From Marsupella aquatica (Eukaryota > Plantae > Marchantiophyta), in NCBI GenBank assembly GCA_973895155.1, contig OZ316891.1, positions 778,143 through 842,142 of the forward strand: a DNA stretch of 64,000 nucleotides, read 5' to 3'. Position 1 is the stretch's first letter, and every line of letters begins with the position of its first letter. The position numbers were made by a program, and so were the translations under genes. This document shows positions 24,854-38,800 of the stretch, piece after piece. Below the pieces are notes generated by a model, which worked only from the letters and a program-made list of their open reading frames with translations, did not search any database and was not told where the DNA came from.

Positions 24854-25759
24854 GTGGGACCGGATGAAAATTAGACGTCAGTCATCAGTAGTAGAAAGCG
24901 AAGACAAAGCAATGCCATCTCAAATCACTATCCCAGCATGGAAGACCGAGAGAATCCAATCGCAAGCAAGTCTATACCCGCCTGAGCAGCGGCACTACAG
25001 CCACCAGAGTCGTCCACAGCGCACGACACTCTGCCTTGAATGCCTCTTCCTTCTCTCCGTTGTTTTTGGCTGTCATCGGTCCTCACCTACTGTAGCTCCC
25101 CAGCGGAGCCCCGCAGCATGGCCCAGGGTAGTAGACCCCATCATAGCCTACTACTCCAGCAGCAGCAGCACTGCAGCAGGGACAATCAATCACCTGCTCT
25201 ATTTGCTTGCTTGCTTGCTTATCGTTTGGACGCACTCAATCACTCAATCAAGCACAGTAGCTTAGGCGGCCTTCTCTTCCTCCAATCCAATCCAATCCTC
25301 TCCCTTCATCAGTCCCGTTACCGTCCTCCTTGGTGGTTGTGTCTGTTGGTGGTGGTGATCCATTATTTTACTCTCTGATCTCTGATGAGCTCAATCTACT
25401 GACTGGCTCAGCCAGGGCTGCCCCACCACACTCCTCGATTCCCAGCTGCAGTACAACATCAGTCTGTCTGGCTCTCTCGAAGCTCAGTAGATGGATGGAT
25501 GGACAGGCAGACACTGTAGCTCGTTGCTCATAACGGTCGCCAGCGTTGGCTCTCGCACACGGATTCATAGAGAGTTTTCCAGACGCAGTCGTTCTACCCC
25601 CTGTCCTTTTTCCAAGCTCCTACTGTCCGTTTCGCATTCAGCACGGCAGAATGTCTTCGTGCCTACCGGAAGACGACTGGTGCTCTTTGGGTTGTGCTTT
25701 GCTCGTCGGTTTCTACCTCGTTTGTTTCTTCTTCCTCCTCTCCTTATTCCTGTCCTCCC

Positions 25760-26310
25760 CTTAATTTTAAGGTGGCTTTACAAACTTGGGGGCTCCCCTT
25801 AGTTTTAAGGTGGCTAAATTACAAACTTGGGGGCACCAATTCTTCTCGCCTGAATTTTAGGGAGGCTTTACAAAAACTTGGGGGCAACAATTCTTTCCTT
25901 TCTATGTGAGAGATGTAATCCTATGCCATTCATATGTGGGAGCAGGCCACAGTTCACTTTACATGAATTTGGGGACACAATCAAGCAAATCCTTGGGGGT
26001 AGCAATTTTTTTTCTATGTGAGAGATGTAATCCTAGCCATTCATATTTGCGAGCAGGCCACATTTCACTTTACATGAATTTGGGGGCACAATCAAGCAAC
26101 CTTGTGGGTAGCAATTCTTTTTTCCCTATGTGAGAGATGTAATCCTAGCCATGCAAATGTGGGAGCAGACCACTTCACTTTACATGAATTTGGGGGCACA
26201 ATCAAGCAACAGGTAGCAATTTTATGTTTTCTATGTGAGAGATGTAATCCTAGCCATTCATATGTCGGAACAGGCCACATTTCACTTTACATGAATATGG
26301 GGGCATAATC
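25760..26310. repeat. Tandem array: ~4 units of ~110 bp preceded by shorter ~40-bp related units
   Basis: ctatgtgagagatgtaatcctagccattcatatgtgggagcaggccacatttcactttacatgaatttgggggcacaatc at ~25902, 26014, 26126, 26231. Confidence 0.85.
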
Positions 26311-26609
26311 CAACAAAACTATTACCCAACCTAGTGATTTGTCAGTGGGCACTTGTGGCTCCCCTTTTTTTGCTGATGTGTGCATATTTTTTTGTCAACA
26401 ACTTAGACCTCTTCTTGGGATGGTCCAAACAACTGGAGCAAACAGCCACTTCTTTGAAGCCAGTTGCATTTATTAGGTCCAGACCTGACACATTTTGGCT
26501 AAGGCATTTTAACTTTTTTGTATGGAAGTGGGCATCATCTTTGCTTTGGATGGAGAGACACTCAATGGCCCCAGCGTCTTGTAAAGGCCCTTGTAATTTG
26601 AGTTATCTA

Positions 26610-27010
26610 ATTGGGATTATGTTTCTCCTTCATAGTTCCTCTTCTCCTGATAAGTGTCCTCCCCTGATTTTTAGATAAATTGGGATTATGTTTCTTCTTC
26701 AGCATTCCTCTTCTCCTTATGAGTGTCCTCCCCTGATTTTTAGTTTCATTGTGTGTTGAATTGGGATTATGTTTCTTCCTCATCATTCCTCTTCTCCTTA
26801 GCAGTGTCCTCCCCTCTTTTTTAGTTTGTGTTTTGAATTGAAATTATCTGACATGCTCTTTTGGGCAGATCTGTGAACACCTTCCATTAAAAATAAGAAA
26901 ATTATGAGTCCGGCACCAAGTACCCCAAAGCCTTCCTGGCATTGATGTTTCTTCTTCATCATTCCCCTTCTCCTTATTAGTGTCCTTCCCTGATTTTTAA
27001 TTTGTATTTT
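26610..27010. repeat. Tandem/near-tandem repeat, 4 units of ~70-80 bp
   Basis: ttgggattatgtttcttc..cattcctcttctcctta..gtgtcctcccct..ttttag at ~26611, 26680, 26761 and, degenerate, ~26945. Confidence 0.8.
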
Positions 27011-29416
27011 TGATTGAGAGTATCTGAAGTAATGCTTTGGGTATATGGGGGAACTGCCTTCCGCCCAGAAGAAGAGAACTTTGGGTTGGGCAGCAAGCAC
27101 CCAAAGCCCTCTCACAGGGGCAACGTACCCTGGAAAAGCACCTTGGGCTTTCTCCTGGACAATGTCCTCATGAGAGGTCTTCACTTCTCACATTATAAGT
27201 AATCTATTCTTCATTGTTGGAAGGTTATGCTCCTCAAGATGCCTCCTAGACCTTGTTGGAATTTCCATCTTCTCCAACACAATTCCATTTTTACTGTAGG
27301 TGAGCTCTTTACATTAATAGGTGTTGTCAATTCTAAGACATGTCACAACTGTACCACAGGGTGCATTCTGGTTGATTGTGTTCATACAGGTGTGTTAAAG
27401 CCCTACATTGCAGCTTGTGATCTTCTTGGGTGTTGACACACCTCCATGTTTCCCTTGTATTCCCCTGAGATTTTGACACATTATCTGAACAACCCACAAT
27501 CAGAGTAAGGAGCAAATCAAACTCTCCTTTTAATTTGCTGATAATGTTGTTGCATATAAACCTTATTTGCTCTTTGAGTTGCATTCATTAGATTGGGCTT
27601 CTCCTTCAATATTCCTACTTTGTTATTGAAAGGATATTTTCCATCAATGCAAAGAGCCATATTGCTAGCATGTTTTTCGTACTTACAGTATTAATATGGT
27701 ATTGAAGTTCTACATTATTGCATTCCCGACACGACACCGATCATTTCCTACTTAGTGATCTATTAGACGCTCCAACAGCTTGGCATCCTACCAGTGTACA
27801 CTTTGATTTCATTGCATTTTGTTTCTACTTGTTTTTTAGTTACAAAGAAGCACTCACAACGTACATTTATATTTTAATGGAGCATATGACTCTTCTTTTT
27901 GCTTCCATGTGCTGGTTGGCAGCAAGTGCTGTGTTTTCAAAGACACTGGTCAAAAAAAATCCAAGGCATCACAATTTCTTGTATCACTTTGCTGCAGAGG
28001 TGAAATTGGGAATGGGGAGACAATGCAAAGTATGGACGGGAATTTCGAGCAAAAATATGGGCATACATCTTACAAGAGCATTGTATGAAGACTCAGACAG
28101 AATTTTAATTTAAGTTGACACACACTAAATACTATCTAAAATTGGAGATAGAGGTGGAAATGTTTGTGATGGAATGAAATGTCTATCCTTTGGAAGATCA
28201 CTCATGCGGGTTATTCATGAGGGTTTCGTCATCGATTTAAATGTCCAGAATCCGCAGGAAATTGATTGGTCCATGTTTCTTTCTGTATAAAAGCTGGTAT
28301 CTCAAAGGAAAAATAATATGTACTTGTAAGGCACTCCTCCCCATCATAAAGTGTTTAGTGGGATTGGCCATTAATCGTCAACCCGGGCACCACCAGACAA
28401 TAATTATGACAAAACCATATCCAGAAGGGCGGCCATTAGCAAAGAAATAGTAAGATCTGTGTTCAGATTGAAGCATTTTGAACATGTCCTCGCAAACTAA
28501 GGGGGAAACTACAATAAAACCCGAGTCACCTACTGTTCCACCTCCAAGTTGACACTGTGTACAAGTGATAAAAAACAGGGCAACTTGTTTAATATGAAAA
28601 TGACTGTGCTGAGGACATGGCACACCCTGGTTGGCTATGCATTGTGATCAAATATCCCATGGATCATAACATAATATCAGGGTTTGACTTGGTTGGATAA
28701 GACTTGCAATTTGTCAGAAACTAAAACTTACACCTGACTTGAAAGGTTTAATTAATATATTTGTCATGCACTCTAATGCATGACAGTAGTGATTGCCCAA
28801 GGAGATTAACAGATCCACTAAGAATGAGGATCAACAATCTAGCATTGCTGTTTATTGGATGCACAAAGGCTGAGAGTTGATTGTAAGTTGCGAATTGGTG
28901 CAAGCCTTGTATGATACCTCGTAGTATTAACTATGGTTTACAAATTTGGGCTCTAACATCATCGAAGGAGAGCACATTTAGTGTTTGTAAATTGCTGTTC
29001 AAACAATCAGAACTGCCCATTTATCTATCTTTTTGTCACAATTAATCTTTTCTTCAGCCTTTATGTTTGTTCTAAAACACAGCTATTTTAACTTATTGAC
29101 AATAATGTCAATTGTACCCTATGTAAACTACCAATTAATTTAAATGGTTTATCAAATAGCAGCCATAGCATAGTATTCAAATGTATCAAAATAGTGATTC
29201 AAGGAAATAAATGGAATAAAAATGCTGCACACTTTTAAAGTGAGAAACTAAGGTACTTTTTCGGTGAATGACAAGTACTTAATTTATAAATTAAAGTATC
29301 TTAGGGGTATAGTATTTTGTGGTTGCCAGAGAAGTATGCTAGCTTTGTATTCTAGCTTTGTACTCTACTTTTTAGGCCCCTATTGATAGATTCACTATTT
29401 AGGTGACACCTAACCT

Positions 29417-29632
29417 TTTATTTTATTTTTTATTTTTATAAAAGGAGGGCCCTTTATAGCAGGCAGGGGCAACAGCCACCCAAACCAGAACTAATACAGC
29501 CCGGGGAAAATCTCAATCAGGCCAGCGGCACCAATGATGCCAAGGGATCTCACCCTGGCCCTGGTCCTGACAGCAGTCACCGGAACCAACGATGTGGCGA
29601 CCAGACACCTGTTAACCTCTAAACCATAAGGG
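29417..29632 (-). mobile_element. Possible tRNA-derived SINE
   Basis: Minus strand has an A-box-like TGGTTTAGAGG at the 5' end, a B-box-like GGTGAGATCC ~60 nt later, and an A-rich tail (ATAAAAATAAAAAATAAAATAAAAA). It is a GC-richer island in AT-rich DNA. No clear TSD. Confidence 0.4.
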
Positions 29633-32239
29633 TTAGAAATTTTTTCACCAATGGAGATATAACCTACAGGGCATCATTGATTTTTTATTGGTGCATCCTG
29701 GTGAGTCTAACCTTGCCATGCCATAGAGATAGAATAACAGATTAAAACATTTCATCAAATACATGATAAGCTATCATAGTAAAACTTGATACAACTCTGT
29801 CATACTAAAAATTAACATGTCAAATGAAAATCATTGAAAATGATTAAAGGGGTTAGAAAAATTGTTGAATTCAAACCAATACAAAAGTGAAATGATAGAG
29901 ACTAAACTTGATTTAAAAGAAGATTCAGAAATTATTCTTCTAATAAGACAAATTGGGGTAGAAGGTGTTAGCCATATAGCAGCCTTTAACTGCACAGTAT
30001 GAGAAAGTCCTTTTTGCTCTGGTTTTCAGAAGGGAAATGAAACTGTGCCTTCTAAAGGCATTCTTCTGACATGACATACACAGCAACCTTTATTAACCAG
30101 GTCAGAGCAAGAATGATTAGATACAAAGAGTACGGTAACCTATGACCCCAAGGGAGTCAAGAGATGCAATCCCTAAGGACCGTGAGCCTGAGAGACTTAC
30201 AGCCTTTGCCCGCAGGTGTACTTTGATCTATTTCCACTTGAAAATTACACCTGAAATTGGATAACCCTTCAGGTGGGCTAGCCAAAGCGCTGCAGTCTCA
30301 TGACCCTTGGGCAGGCTAGAAAGAGGTTATGACTCATAACCATCCATTGATATAAAGAGTATACTACAGAAGGGGTTTAAGGACCTACTCCCATAAAAAT
30401 CAAAGAGAAAACACAAAACGAAATGTTCGATCATGAACAAAGCTGTATTGCCTAGGTCTAACATTATTGCACTGTCACAGAGGGCCACTTTCCGTAAAGG
30501 GGGAGGAAGCAGCTCGGAAGAGTTTAATCATCTTATTAAATTTGGTCGGTCCCTTAGAAACATGCGCCAACTTATCCCTTTACAAAAGCATGGACTTTCC
30601 CTAAAGGGTAGCAATTTGAGAGAGTTTTATTGCTCCACTAAATTTGGTCGGTCCCTTACAAACATGCGCCCACATATCCCTTCACAAAAGCAGGGGGCAA
30701 TTTAATTAAGACTTGGGAATCCCAATATATCCTACCTGGGATTAGTAGGACCCATACTGAAGTGTGAATCCCTAGAGGAGATCCAAAGATGTCCCACTCA
30801 AATGGGGCCCAGAGCAACTCGTACTAGTTTTGGTCCCTGTCATAATTTGAACACCAAGCATAACTAGCACCTCCTACGTTTGCCTCATGGGATGCCTCCG
30901 CCTTGCATCATTGCCAACGAGTACAAGAATTCCATACTGGTAACAGGATACCAAAGGCAAGAGAGACAAGGAAAAAGACCAAAGTGCCAAAAAGCTAATC
31001 ACCTGAAAATCACAATAGTCCCCAACACCAGGCAAAAGAACTAAAACCTTTCTAAGCAACAAACTGCAAGCTTTGGAGTAAATTGCATAGGAGGGTCACA
31101 AAGATGAATCTGTCTGGAAGCCCTACACAAACAGCCTTGGCCCTACAAAGAATAGTGAATGCTTGAGCAATTTGTAATGCTCTACACAAAAAACCACACA
31201 AGCCCAAACAAAGTTATCCAAGATAGGGTGAAAATAGGTTTGCACTTATAAATTTGTAGTGTGCACTTAATTCACAACTTATGAAAGCCCCAAAAGAAAC
31301 TGGGAAAGAAGCCTCCGCCTTGCAGTAACAAAATTTTACACTTATCCAATGATGCACTTATCCAGGGTCCACTCTAAGGATCCGTAAACCTCACCATTGC
31401 CAAATGAAGTCTCTTCTTACCATTGCCAAATGAACGGGACCAGGTCAACTACTAGACTTGATTAACACCCGCCAATCCAATGGCCAAGAGCGGGTGTGAG
31501 CGAGACTTCTAGGGTTCCTTTACAAGACGTGGGGCACCATTGCAATAATGAAGGTCAATAATGCAAATTCTCGAATGAAGGAGCCAAGTTGGGAAATGTT
31601 TGGACCACCTGCCAGGTGATCTAAAATTTTAGAAATATAGGCACTTCACATATGGATTTACTTGGTCTCACTATTTGCCATGTAGTATTTACTAGACAAC
31701 ATACCTAATAGGGGGCACGGTTTCCACTTATTATAGTATAGTATCCAGATATAATCTCACAACGAATATACAAGAGCAATGGACCCACTGTCTTGTGAAG
31801 TCACCTTTGCCTTGGGTCCTGGTGACGTTTTTGTCACTAAAGCAAGTTGGGGCCAAATCTGCAGATCACAAAGTAGATAACATGTTGGATGTTTGATTGA
31901 ACTTTGGGCAATATCTATTTTCTCCTTTGGGGGCGAGTGAAAGAAACAAATCCAGTCCTTAAAAAACAACTTCTATGTGTTTACTGCATAGTTTTACCAG
32001 GCTTTTCAGTTCTCCGTTCAGTAGGGTGTTTGCATTCACAACTTCTTCATAGGTTACCTTAAATTGGTCTTTGTTCCTTCATCCGCTTTTGGTTTGGGTC
32101 CCCTTTGCTTGTTTTTCTTGGGCCCTGTCCCCTCTTTTCCTCCCCTTCATTGGATTGCTTTCCCAATGGGACCATGTCTCCCCATTAAGCATTTTTTGCC
32201 CTTGGGCATTGTGATATATAATAAAGAAGTAAGGTCATT

Positions 32240-32440
32240 CTCCCTATGTCACCCCCAAAATTGAACAAATTTACTAAGTTGCCCCCTAAACTAATTTAAT
32301 TACTATGTTGCCCCCTTACAAGGAATCAGACAACCACAAATAACTAAAAGTGGCAAGTTTAATGCGTGGGGAGCCCACTAATTAAATTAGTTTTGGGAAA
32401 GGTAGTAAGGTTGTGCAGTTTGGGGGGTAATATGATAAAA
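32240..32440. mobile_element. Fold-back / MITE-like element with ~70-bp imperfect inverted arms
   Basis: Left arm cccccaaaattgaacaaatttacta..ccctaaactaatttaatta is matched by the reverse complement of the right arm taattaaattagttttggga..gtagtaaggttgtgcagtttggggg. Confidence 0.55.
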
Positions 32441-33356
32441 ACTGTTTTCCTCTCCTACCATTGACCCTTGTCTCACCACAACATGGAGTGGTAAATCTTA
32501 ATGTCTCATGTTTTGCTCTTTCTAGATTTTTGACGAGAAATTACAACAGCTATTGGCCTGCAGCAGGTTAAAATTGTAATTGTTTAAGTCCTTTCTTGTT
32601 TTCTGGTGGGGTAGAGCCGGATAGACCCAGGCCAGTTAGCAAAGCTTGGCCCTCTTCTTTTGAGTTTGGTGGTTGTCCTCTAGGGGACTTGTTTGCTCTC
32701 ACTCGTTTGTACTTTGTTTGGCCCATTTTACCACTTTTCTATTCTATCCCCCAAAGTGCTTGAAATTACTATTCTGCCCCAAAGAGATTTAATGATTAGG
32801 TTGCTCTCATTTTAACGTATGGTTGACTTAATTCTACTAATCTAACCCAAGATTGCACATGATTGGTTTGTGGACGCATGGAGCTCTTGTTTTGCCCATC
32901 CTAAGCCCCTCCAACCATACCTTCTCCTGGACCAGATTCCCACATCTGGCACTCATCACAATGGAGGTGTCAAGGATTGTCTATGAGAAAACAATATAAT
33001 TGCAATTTGGTCCCTCTCATATATATCATTTTTGTGGTCAGAGGGAGTTAGCTTGGACAAATTGTGGCTTTCCAAATACACCCAAGCCAATGAAAAGCTC
33101 TCTCAAGTTACTCTGTATGGTTAAGCCATCCTGCTACAAAATGGAGGTAATCTGATAATTGAATTAGGTTTAGAGGCAGACTCATAATTTTGATTAGTTT
33201 AATTAAATTAGTTTTGGGGATACTAGAGTAAAGCAGATTTTAGGAAATTGGTTCTTTTCCTCCCTTTATTATCACATCTTTCCTTTCAACTACTTTTGCA
33301 GCTTGTCTCTGAAATCTGAACTGGAAGACAACTTTGCAGGAGGAGCAACAGTAGCC

Positions 33357-33522
33357 ACACAATGATGCATCACAAGCTCCTCTAATCACAATCACAGGAA
33401 GCGAACGGACCCACTACCGATGTGGCAAGCACATAGAGCACAATGCCAAGCTCCTCTGATCACAATGGCAGCAAGCAAACGGACCCACTACCAATGTGGC
33501 AAGCACGGAGAGCACAATGCCA
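33357..33522. repeat. ~75-bp tandem duplication
   Basis: caagctcctct.atcacaat...aagc.aacggacccactacc.atgtggcaagcac..agagcacaatgcca occurs twice. Confidence 0.8.
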
Positions 33523-33915
33523 GAGTAGGAGGAGAAAGAGAGGGCTGGCTACCCAATCCATAGCGCTGGTGTAGTGGTAGTAGTTGTAGTAGTCAACGGA
33601 GCAGCGCAGAGTCTGTTGATGAGTGTCTCGAGTGGACTTTACGGTAATCAAGCTGATGAGTCAAGCTCTGCTGCTGAGCTTCTGCTTCTGCTTCTGAACT
33701 TCCGAGCTTCGTCGACAGAGCAGGCGTCGCCATCAGTCATCAATCGCTTGAGGGCGACTGATGAGTGGAAACTTAAGTGCTTGGAATTTGTGGTGAGTAT
33801 CAGCATTGGAGGTCTATCTTCCACTCAATCTGCATCGTAGCTCGCCCGGGGATGCCTGCCATACAATTTTGTTGGTTTCATAATCGTCCCGCTAATCTTC
33901 CAGGGGAAAGGCTCT

Positions 33916-35850
33916 TGTGGTGCATCCCATGGCTCTCTAAACCCAAGAACTCGCCCTGAACAAGCCGATTCCCACCGGTTTCACTCTTGCCAAGGCCGGT
34001 TTTGCGGCTTATTGGCATGAGACGCAGCTAAAACTACTTTACTAACTTTCTACCCACATACACTGGACAGATCCTTCATTGGGTCATGAGATATGTAGTC
34101 GGCCTACTCTAGGCCTCTCCTTCCTCTCTTCCCTTGGTCTCCCTTCAGGTATGTTTGGATTCCGCCGCGGGAATGATGCCCAATTGGCTTGGGTAGCCGC
34201 TAAGATTTCTCTCAACTCGACACATCCAACTCTTCCTGCTCCTGACAACTTCACTTACTTCTTTTCTCTCCTGTACTAGTTGATGTGGGCAATCTTCACA
34301 CAAGTTGATACAACACACAACTAGAAAGATGACTCATATTGACTAAGTTGTAACGTGCAATTGTCATACAAAGAGTACTTCTCATACGCAAGATCTGCGA
34401 ACTAAGTCAGAAGGCCAACTCTATTCAGCTCTTAGGCATGAGGAAACATGAATATATACAAGAGTCACTGCAACTAACCGAGAGCTTCTCTGACTAATTC
34501 ATCCCAGCCTTGCTGGTGCACTAAAAACTTGTTTAAGAAGAAGGCCCTGAAGTCCCCGCTGCACAAGTATTTATCTTGGCAACGAACCTACCTATTTCCT
34601 TGCTGCGTAAGCCAAATCTACCTCTAAGTGTAATCTACCTATGTACAGCAGGGCAAGAGCACAAGTGTTGCTCTTACCAATGGATCCGCAATCCCACTAA
34701 TCTAAGTGTCAGGGCCGCTTCTTGGTCCTGATCCTAATCCTAAATTTGGAGGTTTGCGCCCGCTCTGCCCACTCACGCCTCCTACCTCCACGTCCACCCT
34801 CCCTAAAAGGGATGGCCCTCCTCCACCGTTATGAACCTGGTGGCTGGCCTTCAATGGACGCCCCCAATCCTTCCTCGACGGCCAATGTAGTCATCCCGTC
34901 CTCTGACAGATTACCCACTCCCGACTGGGTCAACTCATCCTCGCCGTGACCGGGCCCACTCCTACCTAGGCTTCTGCTTCTTCGACTTGTACTTCCCCGG
35001 CTTGTAACAGTTGTGGGTCTGCTCCTGCGGCTTTGGCATTGTCAGTCCCAACATAGGTCATCTTGCCGTAGTGGTCCTCCTCATAGGCTCATCCTATGAG
35101 TTGGGTTGTCTCATCTTCCCAAGGTTGCGGTTGATGTCGATCAATGATTGACAACCTTGAGTCAGTGTCCATCATGGCCTCACCCAACTGGTCTTCTTGG
35201 CCTACCTCCAAAATTGCCTCCTTGACAGCCACTACCTTACATAAGGCCGGTGCCATGCTTTCTACCTCAGCCACGGTGGCCTAAGGAACCGTGTTGCTCC
35301 CTCACTCGGAAGGTTTTTGCTTCTTCTTGTCCTTCCCTTCCCAGGCAGCCGGTGCCCTCCCCTTGCCACTTACTTCCGGCAGAGGTGAGGGTGCCTCGGC
35401 TTTAGTTGTCGTTTGGTTAGTACCACACCCTGCAACCCTATTGCCGCCATCGGGGGTCCACTTGTTGCAGCCTGCCGATTTAACTCCTCTGACAGTTTCT
35501 TCAGCCGCTCTGTTTGGTTGTTCGCCCGCCTCTACAAGTTCTCTAATTTCTGCGTGACTTCCTCCAAATCCTCCTGGGTTTTGTCTAAATCCCCACAAGC
35601 TAGCTTCCTACATCTCCTTCTGGTTTTTGTCCAACTCCTTCCGTAAGGCCGCCTTCTCCTCCCAGGTGGCTCTCAGCTCTGCGTTGAGCTCGTGGACAAC
35701 ATCAAACTCTATCTTATTCATCTTCTTGTAGGTTTGATTGAGCATGTCATCCTTCTTACGCAGGTTGGCTCAAAAGTTGGCCGATAGGGTTTCGAGGTCC
35801 TCCTTCAACTTATCGATGCCCCTGTAGGCCTCATCCAATTTGTAGGCTCC
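33916..35850 (-). mobile_element. Truncated, inverted copy of the LTR element at 46341-50538 (putative 3' LTR + PPT + end of the coiled-coil ORF)
   Basis: The reverse complement aligns with ~48760-50538 (e.g. ggccctgacacttagattagtgggatt; gaatagagttggcct; atgaaggatctgtccagt). Homology stops exactly at ...GCACCACA in both copies. Confidence 0.85.
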
Positions 35851-38800
35851 AGCAAGGCAAAGTGTAGTGGTGAGAGACTGGCTGTGGACAATGACTGTGG
35901 TGGCTGTACTGCTGTTGATTTTTGTGTATGCTAGGTTGGGATTGGATTCTCTCGTTATTTTTGGTGTTGGGCACACAATTTTAGAGGACCCTTGTAGTCT
36001 CTATTTTGCTGAAACTCCTGCTTTTAGAGAAAGCCTCAGCTGCTGATGATGAACAACTACATTTCTATTGGGTCCCACTCTCCTCTCCTTAGTTGAGCTG
36101 AGTCTCTTGATAAGGGAGAGCAATTGCTGATGACTGACATCTAATTTGCTATAGGGTCCTCCTCTCCTCTCCTCTCCTCAGCTCAGCTCTTGGGGCTCGA
36201 ACTTGGGGCTCGAAGAATGAGATGACAGAGGACAGTGCACCTTGGTACGGCATATCTAGCTTGGCTTTTATAATAATTTTACTTTGGTAGAAGTCAAAAT
36301 CTACTTGTTACCACAGAAATCTATATTTTTATATTTTCACACATGCAAAACCAAGTTATTCTCCATATAGTGTAATTTCCTTACGACAGCATCTATGAAG
36401 AGGGAGCTACCGAGGTCAAAACAGTTTTACACTTAGGTCTAACTTGAAGTAGACGTTGCAAGACATGGACCATACTCTTATGTAACAAACTATCAATTAG
36501 AAGTACATAATATCAAGACTGGCCAAAGATATTGCGAGAATGGAAGTATTGTTTGTGCTGTATCTGTGGAGTTGTTGCTTTTATTTTTGTATATTCTATG
36601 AAAGAAGTAGACCAGACTACTTCTCTCCAAGTAAATGAGTTGGCCTTAGTTGCTTCCAAAATCTCACCAAATCCCTTCAATCTCCAAAGTTTCAATTCTT
36701 GTATTCTTCCTCAGCTGTACATGGCTTAGTTCCATAAATGCTTTCTTGATGCCACCTTTGTCATGGTTAATTTGTTTCTACTGAGTGGGTCTCTGATCTT
36801 TTTCAAGTTGAATAGAGTAGTAGGTTCATTTTGTTGTAGTTGAGATTTGATTACCAGCTCAGTAACTTGTCATTCTTGTCCTTAGCTATGCCGGAATGTC
36901 TTTAAATGGAGAATGATTCAATTGCTTCTGAATTTTAGTTCTGAATGATTTCGGGGATGATTTCATAATTGTCTCAGTTTGTGGCGATAGGAGACCTCAA
37001 CCAGAGAGCAATCTAAGCCCAGTCGAGCAATTGGAAAAAGGTTATGAAGGGATGCCTGTGCGATGATTGTTGATCGGGCACTGGAATATTAAATCAGGAT
37101 CTTCCTTCTAACATTCAAAATGGTGTTGATCACCCAATGAATTTTGTGGTGTCTAATAATGCATCTCACAGTACGGGTTGAGGTCTATGCAAGCAGCCAG
37201 AGTGGAGCGAGAGTGGTCTAGCATGATTATGCTTAAATTGGGACTGAAATTCTGGTAAGGCATCCATGTGGAGATTTCTTCTTATTTGCTGATGGCATAC
37301 ACTATGGATGTAAGTAATTTTCTTGATGTTGAAATAGAAACACATCCAGAAAGCTAACCTACAAATGTGTCTAAGTCAGCTAGCTAACAAGTTTTCTATT
37401 TTCTAGGTAGAAGAGCCTAATGACCTTTTCTGTTTTGCCCTAGGACTTAGTGTTTCCTTTGTTCTTCACCTGTTCAACACCAATCATGGTTCAATGAAAA
37501 AACAGTATTTTCTAACAAGAACTCTATAGTGAACTGTATTTGTTGCTGCAAATATCTACAGTTCCATGTGTTTAGTAGTTTTGTAGGAAGTGTGGAGTAC
37601 TCTTTCAGTTGGGTCATGCAACGTTGTATAATATTCTTGGATGTGCTGATGGGCATTTTTGCAGCTGACAAATACAAAGTAACTAGTACTATTTTTGTTT
37701 TGTAGGTGATCGACATTGTAGCTAGGTGACAAGGGGTTTGGTCAAAAACCAAGGTATCTGCATAGTCTTCACAACTGCTATGGCGTCATGGGACAGAAAC
37801 AACTCCAAGGTCATCGAAGACGTACACTTTTGTCACCAAGTTGATGTGAAGGGCAACCACAACTGGTGTTGCATAGTTGGGACCCATAAGCCTCGCTCCT
37901 ATCCATTTTTCAAGGCATTCCAAACCCATATGTATTAATGTTGCCTAGCTACAACCTTAAATTGTCGGCTACACTGTTGGAGTCAGGCCCGACTTGGTTA
38001 GCTTCAAGATTTAACTTTTCAGTTCATGCAGAAAAGAAACGCAAGCCAGGTGGGATTGCTGCTGTGAAGGAGCCTAAGGAAGCCACATGGAAGCACTTGA
38101 GGTCTACTGTGCACCTCTGATGGAAGCAATCAAAGTCTAGGAGGAAAGCATGTTGAAGAAGACGTATCTAGTTGTTAAAGAGGAGCCCGTTATCCCAAAG
38201 AAAACACTTCTTGTTTTGGTTATCAAAATTGTGCAAATTCATTTGATGTGCAGGCATGGTTGGTCTTGTTTGTTAAATGATGCTAGTAATGTACAAAATG
38301 TCACTGAGAAATGTCATTGGGATTTGTGGAATCTGTTGCCACCACTCCTATTGTGTGTGGATGGATTGCTCAAATCAAACAAATGCCTATTGTGCTGCAA
38401 ATTGGTAGCTCTAAAAACCAACTTTTCCATGCTACAATGTTGTTTCCCTTTGTTGGATGTGGATGTGCAACGTACCACCCCATCTTGTGCACTTGAAGGA
38501 GGTTTGAGAGAACTTGATTGGTTAGGCACTGGAGTACTTGTCCCACAAATTAAAAGGCATTGCTAAAGTGGAAGAAGGTGCCCAATTGTGTAGATTTTGA
38601 AGCTATTAATGTTGGCTATAGGGAATGGAAGCAAGAGCAGAAGCCCATAACTCTTGCAAAGTCTACTAAAAAACTAGTGTAGGAATATAAGAACAGGAGC
38701 ATGACAGTTTGAAGTGCTCATGAGGCGGTACTTTTAGGCTCTAGAATTCATTCTTTTGTTTTGTAATACATGCTAGTGCCATCTAAGATTGAATAGTGTT

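Noticed and set aside
23600-25800. Numerous 60-160-aa ORFs upstream of the NAT gene
   Set aside because: They run through microsatellites and low-complexity promoter/UTR-like DNA and show no domains or consistent splice structure.
25900-26310. Regularly spaced repeats resembling a CRISPR array
   Set aside because: Whole units are repeated with no unique spacers, there are no cas genes, and the context is eukaryotic; this is a minisatellite.
27200-29100. Broken coding-like frames in AT-rich DNA
   Set aside because: No recognisable motif; cannot be assigned without a search.
30000-32230. Possible LINE 3' end remnant followed by a T-rich tract and short A tail
   Set aside because: Only vague resemblance; no RT motif could be read.
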